A stretch of DNA of 64,000 nucleotides, taken from the IMG/VR virus record IMGVR_UViG_2556921664_000001, positions 1-64,000 of that record, one strand, 5' to 3'. A model generated the notes under the pieces. It saw only the letters and a list, made by a program, of their open reading frames with translations. It was not told the DNA's origin and searched no databases. Shown piece after piece: positions 17,296 to 27,263 of this stretch. How positions within the stretch are numbered: the stretch's first letter is position 1; each line of letters opens with the position of its first letter. This DNA is from a virus (taxonomy: Duplodnaviria; Caudoviricetes). The position numbers and the translations under genes are program-made.

Positions 17296-20118
17296 TCATA
17301 TATTTACAGCTTCACGCAGCTTTTCCCACACTTTAACCATTGCATACGTATCAAGACCACAGTATTTAAGCAAATACCCACGATATTTTTCCAGTTCCTC
17401 TGGAGACATGTCAGCCATAGCTAGAAATGCATTTGATGCTTCAGTGCCATTATGAATACCTTCAAGATTGTGATAATCCAGCGCAGGATCATCCGGAAAT
17501 AGTGCTGGTAACACAAGCTTGATAGAAGAACGTCCCTGCATTTCCTTGACATAATAATGCTCATTATGAAACGGCATCTCAAGGTCTTGGATATGGTCAT
17601 GGATATTCATCAAGTGTTCAGCCAAGTCAGGGAAAAGTTCCGCTAATTCCTTTACACGCCCTTGTTCGAATGATTTATGATATGCCAACGTACAACCATT
17701 CAACGTAATATCCATGCAAAGCTGCTCTGCTATCCCTCTACGTGGGTCTTCTCCAGGATATGCCAGATATTCCTTGTGTTTTAGTTCCCCTCCCTCCTGT
17801 TCAATATAGTGAAGGGAATACTGAAATACTATCTGTGCATAAGGCTTTGCATTATCATATTGTGGTACGGCCATTTGGCAAGATTCGAAATCAAGGAAAT
17901 ACAATGGATAGGATAACCCCACCAAAAATTTTTGAATCTCCTCTTTTTCAATATGCGGTGCCTTTTCAAAAAGCTCGTACTCTATCTGTATTTTCTTCAC
18001 TCCTGCCTTATATAGCTGGTTGAAATCGATTATTCCCTGATGATAATATTGGATTTTTTTCTTCCATTGTGGTGAGTTACCCGCGACATCAAATACATTA
18101 GGTTGTGGCAGGTGTCCGGTACAGTATTTCCAACAGTCGCACATTACACCATCTCTTTTGCAATGTTCATCAATGATATCTGGAGATTCGTCCTTTTGCT
18201 TCATGTACTCAGTAAATTTACCTAAATTAGCCTCCACCTCATCATGCTTGGCCTTTGCTTGTTCTGTAAAATCCACCACTGTGAAAAGATCCTGCAAATC
18301 AAGTTCTCCATGCCGCACATATTTATTGTTCAAATGCATTAAATAGACTCGATTCACCTCAAAACCACACTTTTCCACCACAAAGCACTGGAAAGCTACA
18401 TCATCATAATAATGATCCTTGATTTTCGCGGTACTCTTTACCTCATAAATATCCACTTTTTTCCCGCCAAGATGATGTAATATATCAACGCTACAGAAAA
18501 GATTGTCTACCGCAAAGGACGCCTCTGCAATGTACTCTTGCCCATTCTCCAAAAGTTCATTTGTCCGTGTAACCATGCTACCGAGATTGTTCTTATTAAA
18601 GGGCACAACAACACAACCATCAAATCGCTTTTGAGCCAGTATCCCCACCTCATTGCCAACAGCAATACGTTCTTCAGAGGCCGGCGACTCATCGATAATC
18701 TCAGGCTTATTAGTTTTTAACCACAATGCCTTAGGGCACTGTGTCGCCATTACATACTTCGACTTGGAACAAATCAATGTAGATACCTCTGTAATCATAT
18801 CGCCATATCCCAAATCTTTCATTTTTTGAATGAACTTTAAAAAATTTTTCTTAGTATTAGCTGCACCCCATTCTCTGCAAATAACTACTGTAGTATTATC
18901 TCTCAGTACTATAGGATAATCTGTTAAAAATCTTGATTTATCCTTGTCTGGTACTTCAGAAAGATTCTTTATCACGCCGTATGACCCCTGCAAATCCTTA
19001 GGAAATACTCTGCACAGTCCTTCATAATTAATATCAGGATGTTTTTCAACATAAAGGCCCACAACAGATAATACAATTCTTCCTAATGCGGTTTGTTCAC
19101 CATTAAATAGGTATCTTGAAGTTTTAGATTTGCCAGTTGGTTTATTATCATTATTTTTTTCTTTTTTAAATGATGTGCCATATTTTAGCGGCTTTGGTAG
19201 TTCATCTATGAATGAGCTGCTTACGTTGTTTACCATCGCCAGCTTATTAAATTGTTGCATATTTTCTTGTCCATACCTTGTATAAAACTGCTGACGCACA
19301 TAATTTATTACATCAGGATTTTCACCAATCAGATAATTTGAGTTTCCACTTTTCGGGACAAGGAAATAATTTAACGGGTCACAAAAACGTAGAAAATGTG
19401 CCTTGACAATATTCTTTTCTTCATCAGTCCAAATATCTGGGAGACGTCGTACATGATCTTCATTTTCTATCCAATCCGCCACCACCCCTCTAGGAAATAA
19501 TTTATCACTTAAAGCTTCTGGCAAATAGAAATCATCACTTCTATGGTTATTTTCCTTTAAACTAGCAATATGTGCCAAATACCAACCTTTCCCATTTAAA
19601 ATCCCCGTTTCTCTAGGATGTCCAAGAAATTGATTTTTGTTGGCTATCAACGCTTCTTCACTTTTTTTGCCATTATCATAGTGCATTGGATACATATTAT
19701 CATTTAATAATTTAGCAAATTCCTCTGCTGTGGGAACAATGCCCTTGTGAGCCATATTATAAATCTCATGTACCTCAAAATTGCTGGCAAACACGTAGGA
19801 GCAACCGTCAGCCATAACAGTTTTTGCAGCGCGCCTATTTTTATACGGTCTTAGCCCGCGCTGTTCCCAATTCTTATTATTTCCGCCTTCATATTTTCTT
19901 ATCAAAAATACCGCATCCGACCGGTCAATATACTCAACCAACATTTTGTGCCAAGCAATAGCGTATTCGCTGTCTATTAGTGTAGGTTTAATACATTTCT
20001 CATACAATTCAGTAACGGTTTTTACTTCTTCATATTCTGGTAATGAAATTTCAAAATCAATTATCTTCTTTTCATTATGCCTTGAAAAATAATCTTGAAT
20101 TCCTGTAAAAATTGCCAT
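17296..20118 (-). CDS. DUF2779-family nuclease-like protein with ~450 aa N-terminal extension (940 aa)
   Basis: CSKSKYVMATQCPKALWL, VDIL...YEVKST (PD-(D/E)xK), YFLDFE...FQYSLH, YCGLDT in the C-terminal half. Confidence 0.8.
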   Translation of the reverse strand: MAIFTGIQDYFSRHNEKKIIDFEISLPEYEEVKTVTELYEKCIKPTLIDSEYAIAWHKMLVEYIDRSDAVFLIRKYEGGNNKNWEQRGLRPYKNRRAAKTVMADGCSYVFASNFEVHEIYNMAHKGIVPTAEEFAKLLNDNMYPMHYDNGKKSEEALIANKNQFLGHPRETGILNGKGWYLAHIASLKENNHRSDDFYLPEALSDKLFPRGVVADWIENEDHVRRLPDIWTDEEKNIVKAHFLRFCDPLNYFLVPKSGNSNYLIGENPDVINYVRQQFYTRYGQENMQQFNKLAMVNNVSSSFIDELPKPLKYGTSFKKEKNNDNKPTGKSKTSRYLFNGEQTALGRIVLSVVGLYVEKHPDINYEGLCRVFPKDLQGSYGVIKNLSEVPDKDKSRFLTDYPIVLRDNTTVVICREWGAANTKKNFLKFIQKMKDLGYGDMITEVSTLICSKSKYVMATQCPKALWLKTNKPEIIDESPASEERIAVGNEVGILAQKRFDGCVVVPFNKNNLGSMVTRTNELLENGQEYIAEASFAVDNLFCSVDILHHLGGKKVDIYEVKSTAKIKDHYYDDVAFQCFVVEKCGFEVNRVYLMHLNNKYVRHGELDLQDLFTVVDFTEQAKAKHDEVEANLGKFTEYMKQKDESPDIIDEHCKRDGVMCDCWKYCTGHLPQPNVFDVAGNSPQWKKKIQYYHQGIIDFNQLYKAGVKKIQIEYELFEKAPHIEKEEIQKFLVGLSYPLYFLDFESCQMAVPQYDNAKPYAQIVFQYSLHYIEQEGGELKHKEYLAYPGEDPRRGIAEQLCMDITLNGCTLAYHKSFEQGRVKELAELFPDLAEHLMNIHDHIQDLEMPFHNEHYYVKEMQGRSSIKLVLPALFPDDPALDYHNLEGIHNGTEASNAFLAMADMSPEELEKYRGYLLKYCGLDTYAMVKVWEKLREAVNI

Positions 20119-20121
20119 CAG

Positions 20122-20223
20122 TCAGTTCCTCCTAAATCCATGTCCTGAAGTTGTCTGTTTTTTCGGTCCGCCCCAATTAATACAGGTTGCACATCTTAGA
20201 AAATATGTAGGATCCGGTGCCAT
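20122..20223 (-). pseudogene. 33-aa ORF missing from the supplied track; truncated paralog of the Cys-rich protein at 32415
   Basis: Translates to MAPDPTYFLRCATCINWGGPKKQTTSGHGFRRN; AAGGATGG upstream; shares CxTCxNWGG. Confidence 0.5.
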
Positions 20224-20348
20224 AAATAACCATCCTTGTAATAAATGTAATACATCTTTAATTTAAGTTTTTTGACCTCTGCATTCACTTCTATAATCCT
20301 GCTATAAGAAGGATATATATTATTTAGCCTACTTTTTTAAGCATCAAA

Positions 20349-20918
20349 TTAAAATTCACACTCAAGACCGCAATCAAGCAGTTCCTCCTCCAGTTTTCTC
20401 TTCATGATAACAACACCGGTCTTCTTCATTGGGCAGTGTTTCTCGGACATGGAATGAATTACATTGTCGGCAGTAGAAAGAACATTCTCAATTTCTTTGA
20501 CAGCCTTATTTACAATTTTATTGCAGACCGCATGTATATCAACATCGTTGAAGTCAGTGTTGTCTATTTTAAGTGGCTGCATGCTATCTTCTTGGATATT
20601 AAAAGTATAGGCAATCCCGTTCTTATATAAAACAGACTCAACATATTTAAAAGCTTCCATCACATGTTTTGATGGTACATGTTCCTTAATTTCATTCTCA
20701 GTATCAAACATAATTTTTTTGAAATGCTCATCCACCTTCTCAGCAGTTCTTTTGGCAATCTTGTTACTCAATTCTCTGGTCTCTAAATACATTTCACGAT
20801 ACCTAGCGCCTTTTCTCTTCAGCATAACAGCTTTGTAAAGCTTTTTCTTGATGTTCTTGCCCCTACGTTTAACATTTGCCATTTTATTCAACTCTCCCCT
20901 GTCCCCAAAGTAAACCAT
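20349..20918 (-). CDS. Hypothetical protein (189 aa; start likely MANVKRR)
   Basis: ORF with GGGGAG RBS, basic N-terminus. Confidence 0.6.
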   Translation of the reverse strand: MVYFGDRGELNKMANVKRRGKNIKKKLYKAVMLKRKGARYREMYLETRELSNKIAKRTAEKVDEHFKKIMFDTENEIKEHVPSKHVMEAFKYVESVLYKNGIAYTFNIQEDSMQPLKIDNTDFNDVDIHAVCNKIVNKAVKEIENVLSTADNVIHSMSEKHCPMKKTGVVIMKRKLEEELLDCGLECEF

Positions 20919-21023
20919 CCTGCATTTATAATCATTTATTACTTTCTATACACATCTTTAAAATCCTGCTGTATGGAAAAATATTATTATCCTAAACTAT
21001 TGAGGAAATGCGGCCATGCTGGT

Positions 21024-23075
21024 TTATTCTGCATATACATCAATATAAGCCTGCTGATACTCTTTTGGATAGTGAACTTTATAGTACACCATACGATATA
21101 AAAGAGCTGTATAGTCAATGGCCTGGGCTCTGGAAACCAAATATCTGATCTTTTGGCAGGAGTCAATATACCAATCTGGTATATTATGTTCTTTTAGAAT
21201 TGCCACCATATCAGGTTTTATGCCACGTCCCTTGCGTACAGCTTCCATTATTTTAACTGCCGTCATTGGTTCAATTCCCATCCCAATAAGGTATGTCATA
21301 ATATCATCACGTGTAGCTATAACCTCTTTGAAGGTACACACCCCATCCTTAAGCAGAAGTTCGGTATTATTATTCCATGCCCCGGAATCAAATGATGCCA
21401 ATGCAATGATTTTTACAAGCTCATTCATACTGCTTGGCTTTACCATGGACATAATCTGGTAAAACAGCTTGCTTAGTTGAATTCCCATTTGCCCAGATGT
21501 TCCCTTATTCTCTTTCATGACATCACCAAATGATTCTGGCTTCAAGGAACATAAACATGATAGCGTTTCAGCATCGCTAAGGGATATATCTCTAATCCGG
21601 TAATTAGTACTGTCCTCCATTTTTTTCAGAAAATCCATCTCCCTAAGTGGCAGCATATCAAGCTTTATCAGATCCCCTAATAGTGCGCGATAATCAAAAT
21701 AAGTTGTTAACCACTGATCATCAGTATCTTCGGATATATACTGAGTGGGCGTAAAACAATGAACATCCATATCCTGGGGAATCAGCATCAATGCGGCTGG
21801 ATGAACGCCTGTATCTGACGGGATATTTATTATCCCCGGTTTAAAGACGTTATTTTCCCCCAATATTTCCTTTATATATGAACGAAGCATCGGGATCTGC
21901 TGAGCAGAATAACAAATGTCAATATCCGGTATTTTTCTGCCATCAAAGCCAAGAAAAACTGCATAAGACATGTCCCAGCCGTCTTTTATCAGCGGTTCAC
22001 CGCAAATAGGACAATTTTGATCAGGTAAATCGGCTCCAAATACGTATTCATTATCAGTAGCAAATTCACTGTGTTTACATTTTGGGCAGCGCCAATGGGG
22101 CGGAAGAGGATTAATATCCGTAATCCCCAACAGATTTGCAACCAATGAGGAACCTACGGAACCGCGGGAGGTAGTACTATAACCATTCCCATGGGTTTTA
22201 TCTGCAAGCTTCCGGGAAATTAAATACAGCGACGAATAACCATTCCTGGTGATAATTGACAGTTCCTTATCAAGTCTTTCTTTCACCACCGCAGGGAGAT
22301 TTTGACCATATATCCTGTGCGCTGCTTCGTATGAAAGATTTTTTACAGTTTCTTCCGCCTCAGGCAAAACAGGCAGATGGATTCCTTCCGGTATTGGTCT
22401 TAGTCGGTCAATCATATCTGAAATAAGCTGCGGGTTATTGATCACAACATCATAAGCTGTTTTTTCTCCAAGATAACTGAAGGATTTCAACATTTCATCT
22501 GTTGTTTGTAAAACTTCTATACCTTGGTCAGCAGCCACTACGGACTTATTAATTTTTGCCGCTAACTCCACAAGTTTTATATTGGTGTCACACAAATCAT
22601 CATCTGGCTGAATTTCCAAGTAATCATAAAAGGCGGCAATTTCCAAAAGCCTTTCTTCACTTTTATGTGAGGCTATGGCCTGTATAAGCTGACCATCAAG
22701 CCCTGCAGCCCCTACGAGTAATCCTTCACGGTGTTGTTCCAAAATTTCTTTTGATATACTATGAGCCTCGTTTCCTGGCTTGGTATGTAATAATGTAACC
22801 AAGTTATACAGATTTTGAAGACCAATCTTATTTTTGGCCAAAACAATCACGTGATATACAGATAATAAATCTGCATCTTCCGTCGACAATAAAATTTCCA
22901 TGCCGTAGATTATTTTGATGTCAAGATTATCCCCCTCAACAATTTGCATAGCCTCCGGAAACGCCTTTACTGAACAGATATCAGTGATTGCCACAGCTTT
23001 CCGACCTCTCCGGGCGGCTGTACTAATATATTCTTTCACGGACATTTCATTAGCTATTTTACTTGATAATTTCAT
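21024..23075 (-). CDS. Minimal PolC-type (family C) DNA polymerase core
   Basis: AITD, SRGSVGSS, CPKC...CPICG Zn finger, KIPDIDI, KLDML, RDDIMTYL, IMEAVRKG, WYIDSCQKI; 683 aa versus ~1400 aa for PolC. Confidence 0.88.
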   Translation of the reverse strand: MKLSSKIANEMSVKEYISTAARRGRKAVAITDICSVKAFPEAMQIVEGDNLDIKIIYGMEILLSTEDADLLSVYHVIVLAKNKIGLQNLYNLVTLLHTKPGNEAHSISKEILEQHREGLLVGAAGLDGQLIQAIASHKSEERLLEIAAFYDYLEIQPDDDLCDTNIKLVELAAKINKSVVAADQGIEVLQTTDEMLKSFSYLGEKTAYDVVINNPQLISDMIDRLRPIPEGIHLPVLPEAEETVKNLSYEAAHRIYGQNLPAVVKERLDKELSIITRNGYSSLYLISRKLADKTHGNGYSTTSRGSVGSSLVANLLGITDINPLPPHWRCPKCKHSEFATDNEYVFGADLPDQNCPICGEPLIKDGWDMSYAVFLGFDGRKIPDIDICYSAQQIPMLRSYIKEILGENNVFKPGIINIPSDTGVHPAALMLIPQDMDVHCFTPTQYISEDTDDQWLTTYFDYRALLGDLIKLDMLPLREMDFLKKMEDSTNYRIRDISLSDAETLSCLCSLKPESFGDVMKENKGTSGQMGIQLSKLFYQIMSMVKPSSMNELVKIIALASFDSGAWNNNTELLLKDGVCTFKEVIATRDDIMTYLIGMGIEPMTAVKIMEAVRKGRGIKPDMVAILKEHNIPDWYIDSCQKIRYLVSRAQAIDYTALLYRMVYYKVHYPKEYQQAYIDVYAE

Positions 23076-23177
23076 AATTATTCCCCCTAAGTTTAAAACA
23101 ATAATGTATAATACTAATATACGTTGAAATTTAAATTGCGCTCCAAAATCAATCAGCCTGATACGGAGGTGTGAGTT

Positions 23178-24353
23178 TTGACAGAAGGTAACAATCTGAC
23201 AGCTACAGAAAAATTAAGAAAAGCCCGAATCAGAATAATGAACAAACAGCCTTTTTTCGCTTCCCTTATTATGCTCCTTACACCAGTTGAAGATGATTCT
23301 ATAGGAACAGCAGCGACTGATTCAAAAAACCTATTCTATGCTCCTTCTTATATAGAAAAATTGTCTATTGAGGAAGTTATTTTTGTGTATCTGCATGAGA
23401 TTCTCCACTGTGCCTTAGGACATATCTGGAGACAAAAAGATAAGGATCATAGACTTTGGAATATTGCCACTGATTATGCAATTAATGGTATGTTACATAA
23501 CGATATAAAACTAAATCATTTTCTCAAAATGCCACCAAGTCTGCTATATAAAGAAACATATTATGGTATGTCAGCGGAAGAAATATATGATTCCCTTAAG
23601 TCAGATATTGCTAGAGCTTTCGTTAGCGTTAGCGTTGGCAATGGTGATGATGGTGATGATGAGCCTCAAAACCATGTTTTATGGAAAAATGCTGATAAAA
23701 ACGAACGGATAAACTGGCAATACAATACCAAGATTGCAATTAAAAATGCAGAAAGATATGGTAAAGCACCTTCATATCTTACAGAAATAATTAAGCGGTT
23801 AAAACCACCACAAAAGGATTGGCGAACTCTATTGAATGAATTTGTCCAAGAGGAAATAAATGATTTTTCACTTATGCCGCCGGACAACCGTTTTGATGGG
23901 GATTTTTTCATTTTTTCCTTTTCCGATACAACAGAAGTGGTAAAAGACTTGCTGTTCTTTGTTGATACATCTGGTTCCATGCGAATAAATGAATTAGAGG
24001 CTTGTTATTCGGAAATAAACGGTGCCCTCCAGCAATTCAATAGGCAACTACAGGGTAAACTTGTTTTTTTTGATGCAGTTGTCCATGAACCATTATACGA
24101 TTTTGACGACATCAAAGATATCAGATCTGTATGTCCTATAGGCAGGGGCGGTACCTGTTTTTATGCTATATTTGATTTTTTAAAAGAATATAAGAATGCT
24201 CATAATCCCATTGCGGGTGTCATTATTTTAACTGATGGACAATGTGACTACGATGACATCGATGCACCAGATTTTCCTGTTCTTTGGGTATTTACTACCC
24301 ATGACAACAATCCACCCTTTGGCTTATCTACTACCATCGAAGTCAGCCCATAA
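23178..24353 (+). CDS. DUF2201-type zincin metallopeptidase fused to vWA domain
   Basis: LHEILH (HExxH), WNIATDYAIN, FVDTSGSM MIDAS, GRGGT, ILTDG; TTG start with GGAGGT RBS. Confidence 0.9.
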   Translation: MTEGNNLTATEKLRKARIRIMNKQPFFASLIMLLTPVEDDSIGTAATDSKNLFYAPSYIEKLSIEEVIFVYLHEILHCALGHIWRQKDKDHRLWNIATDYAINGMLHNDIKLNHFLKMPPSLLYKETYYGMSAEEIYDSLKSDIARAFVSVSVGNGDDGDDEPQNHVLWKNADKNERINWQYNTKIAIKNAERYGKAPSYLTEIIKRLKPPQKDWRTLLNEFVQEEINDFSLMPPDNRFDGDFFIFSFSDTTEVVKDLLFFVDTSGSMRINELEACYSEINGALQQFNRQLQGKLVFFDAVVHEPLYDFDDIKDIRSVCPIGRGGTCFYAIFDFLKEYKNAHNPIAGVIILTDGQCDYDDIDAPDFPVLWVFTTHDNNPPFGLSTTIEVSP

Positions 24354-24404
24354 CAGTTATCCTAATATGACGCATATTAATTTTGTACGAGGGAGGAACA
24401 TATA

Positions 24405-25520
24405 ATGTCTTATATGGATATGATTAGTAATGAAAATTATTCACAAATTTCCTGTAATAAATTTATCAATATCATGTCTGCCCTGTATTCCGAAGGAGAT
24501 TTTTCCAAACAACCAACCAAAATGTTATGGGGCCAGCCAGGTGTTGGTAAATCCCAGGCAGTACAACAATTTGCCAACATACTGTCAGAAAAAACCGGTA
24601 AAAAAACTAATGTAAAAACTGTTTCCTTACTGCTGATGAATCCTATTGACCTTAGAGGTATTCCAGCCAAATCGAAAAATGAACGGAACGAAGATGTGGC
24701 CAAATGGTTATCCCCGGATATATTCAAATTGGATCCCAGTGATGATGTTATCAATATCTTATTTTTGGACGAAATATCAGCGGCTCCACCATCTGTTCAG
24801 GCTGCGGCATATCAAATATGCCTTGACAAACGCATCGGCGAGCATGTTCTCCCGACCAATACTATAGTAATATGTGCCGGCAACAGGGTTTCAGACAAAG
24901 CTGTGGCATTTAAAATGCCTAAGCCCCTGTCCAATCGTCTTACTCATTTTGAAATAATTGCTGATTTAGATTCATGGCGTTCATGGGCTTACCAACACAA
25001 TATCAATGACTCAATCATTGCGTTTATTACATGGCGACCAGATTACCTTAATAAATTTGACCCCTCAAACGATGATGTGGCTTTTCCTACTCCCCGTTCC
25101 TGGGAATTAGTCAACACTTATATGCAATTTGGCTTTGAGGAAATGTTTGAATGTATAGCTGGAACCGTCGGACTGGCAACAGCCATTGAATTAAAATCAT
25201 TTATTGATCTTTCCGTAACACTACCTACTTTTAGTGATATTATTGCCAACAAAGCCGAATTACCAGCTAATAATGATCCTGCTGTAATGTATGCTATTTC
25301 TTCAATGATTACTTCAAATGTAGTGCAAAATGGCTCTACGCTTAAACTGAAAGAAAAGAATAATCTGTTTAAATATATTGGCTCCTTTAAGCATGATGAA
25401 TACATTCTCCTTACATTGCAAGATATTATAAAAAATTGCCCTGAATTTAATAAATATCTTTTAAAAAACAAAGATACCATCAAATTTATTAAGCAATTTC
25501 GCAATGATTTAACTAATTAA
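24405..25520 (+). CDS. MoxR-like AAA+ ATPase
   Basis: MLWGQPGVGKS, LFLDEISAAPPSVQ, CAGNR, PLSNRLTH, PTPRSWE. Confidence 0.9.
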   Translation: MSYMDMISNENYSQISCNKFINIMSALYSEGDFSKQPTKMLWGQPGVGKSQAVQQFANILSEKTGKKTNVKTVSLLLMNPIDLRGIPAKSKNERNEDVAKWLSPDIFKLDPSDDVINILFLDEISAAPPSVQAAAYQICLDKRIGEHVLPTNTIVICAGNRVSDKAVAFKMPKPLSNRLTHFEIIADLDSWRSWAYQHNINDSIIAFITWRPDYLNKFDPSNDDVAFPTPRSWELVNTYMQFGFEEMFECIAGTVGLATAIELKSFIDLSVTLPTFSDIIANKAELPANNDPAVMYAISSMITSNVVQNGSTLKLKEKNNLFKYIGSFKHDEYILLTLQDIIKNCPEFNKYLLKNKDTIKFIKQFRNDLTN

Positions 25521-25563
25521 TCACCATTAATTAATGCACAGATGTTTGTGGGAGTGATAAGCA

Positions 25564-26673
25564 ATGGATACAAATATTTCTGCAGAAAATTTAATTTTAG
25601 ATCACATGGCACTTAATACCATATATATCATCAGCAAAGAAGCATTGGCAAAATTCCCAGATAAATCTATAATTATCGGCGTGGACTACAAAATGGAATT
25701 TTTAACAGGGACTGAAGATTATGATTTAGTATGCTGTTATAAATTCCAAAGATATGATTATGTATATTATATTTTTTTAAATCTTACAGGTTGGAGACAC
25801 CTCCTTATAATTAACGAACCAATTAACGAAATTGGCCCCGCAAAAACATATCACAATCCTAATATTTGTAGCAAAAAAGCTGTTGAGGAAGCAAAAGAAT
25901 TACCCCGTGTTTTTTTTAATCACTTTCACCTATACTATGATATAGTCAACGATAAAATTCACTGTGAATATAATATTAACAGCTATATGTATAGAAATGA
26001 AATAAACGCTTTATTTCATTCTCTACTTACTTTTCTTGCACTTAACCCGTCAGAGCATCCAGATGTTTTACAATTTTTGCAAAATAATATTGTTGATAGA
26101 TACATAAAAAAAAGAGAAAGCATTCTATTTACCTTTAGCAAAGACAGAACGACTGTTAGCCATTTTACCTATATTGATTTTTATAATGAATCAGCTAAAC
26201 ATATATTAGTTGCAGCCGTATATATTGATCAAACTGATCAAAAATGCTATTTTTTGGGTGGGCATAAAGCAAGGTGTATTGATGATTCATTGAGGTTAAG
26301 CAATAATAATAAATACTACATTGACAATCAAAACATGCCCAATAGGAAATATTATGATTTGTCAAAAATGAATGTTGATGATAATGAATTTAGTTATTTT
26401 ATCGAAAATTTTTACCCACATAAAGCCTCAATCGCCAAAATAGACTATTACTATGATAGTGGCTTATTAATTAGGTCAACTGATGATCGTATTAAAATAA
26501 TTTTTAATACCTACAAAGAAAAGGAAGATGGTATTTTGTTCCTTTTCAAGCGTAATATAGTAATCGATGAGAAATTACAACTAAAATTTAAAAAATTACC
26601 AAAAAAAGCCAAACGCCTTGATACTGAACACTATCGAAAAGTTATTGATCGTTACTTAGCGACAATAATATAA
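25564..26673 (+). CDS. Hypothetical AT-rich protein (369 aa)
   Basis: Long ORF with GGGAG RBS; no motif recognised. Confidence 0.6.
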   Translation: MDTNISAENLILDHMALNTIYIISKEALAKFPDKSIIIGVDYKMEFLTGTEDYDLVCCYKFQRYDYVYYIFLNLTGWRHLLIINEPINEIGPAKTYHNPNICSKKAVEEAKELPRVFFNHFHLYYDIVNDKIHCEYNINSYMYRNEINALFHSLLTFLALNPSEHPDVLQFLQNNIVDRYIKKRESILFTFSKDRTTVSHFTYIDFYNESAKHILVAAVYIDQTDQKCYFLGGHKARCIDDSLRLSNNNKYYIDNQNMPNRKYYDLSKMNVDDNEFSYFIENFYPHKASIAKIDYYYDSGLLIRSTDDRIKIIFNTYKEKEDGILFLFKRNIVIDEKLQLKFKKLPKKAKRLDTEHYRKVIDRYLATII

Positions 26674-27263
26674 CCCCGTTTTTTAAAACAATTCATAACC
26701 ACCCTTGCCCATTTAGAATAATCCTGTCCCCAGGCCCCCTTCATATTGCCATCAGCAAGTTCTTTTAATATTTCCTTCCGTGACTGGAAAAAGCTGGCAA
26801 ATTCAGGATAATCACTGCCATATTTTTTCAAAAATTCTTTAATGTTTGCTTTTGCAAATATTTCCATTGCAAAGATCAAGCCCTCCAAATCTTCATAACC
26901 ATGTCCCATAAAATCCCTGTCCATACAGCCAGCAAATATTTTGCTAAGCTGATCCAGAAGGCCAGGGATTTTTTTCACCCCATTATACTTTGTAAGGGCA
27001 TGAACAATAATTCCGGTTATCATATATGTTGGTTCATATATGTACATAACACGGGCATCATCCGGCATATCAGAAATATCTTCCATGTGCCAAAGAAGAA
27101 TTTTGGAATTATGCTCAGTTCTCTTCGCTGCTTTTAAAACGGTTGAAATAAAATTGACTGACTCCGCCTCGGAAACCTTATTCTCAATATATTCCTCAAA
27201 ATTTTCTTTCACAATTTCCAAAAATTTATCCGGTTTGTTCTCATTAATAAAATTAGTGTTCAT
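26652..27263 (-). CDS. Hypothetical protein (203 aa; MPDDARV..IYEPTY, GHGY motifs)
   Basis: Overlaps the MotA-like gene stop; GGGGGAT RBS. Confidence 0.7.
   Translation of the reverse strand: MNTNFINENKPDKFLEIVKENFEEYIENKVSEAESVNFISTVLKAAKRTEHNSKILLWHMEDISDMPDDARVMYIYEPTYMITGIIVHALTKYNGVKKIPGLLDQLSKIFAGCMDRDFMGHGYEDLEGLIFAMEIFAKANIKEFLKKYGSDYPEFASFFQSRKEILKELADGNMKGAWGQDYSKWARVVMNCFKKRGYIIVAK

Noticed and set aside
21024-23075. Housekeeping polC
   Set aside because: Half the normal length, lacks the exonuclease, OB and clamp-binding regions, and sits in an accessory island
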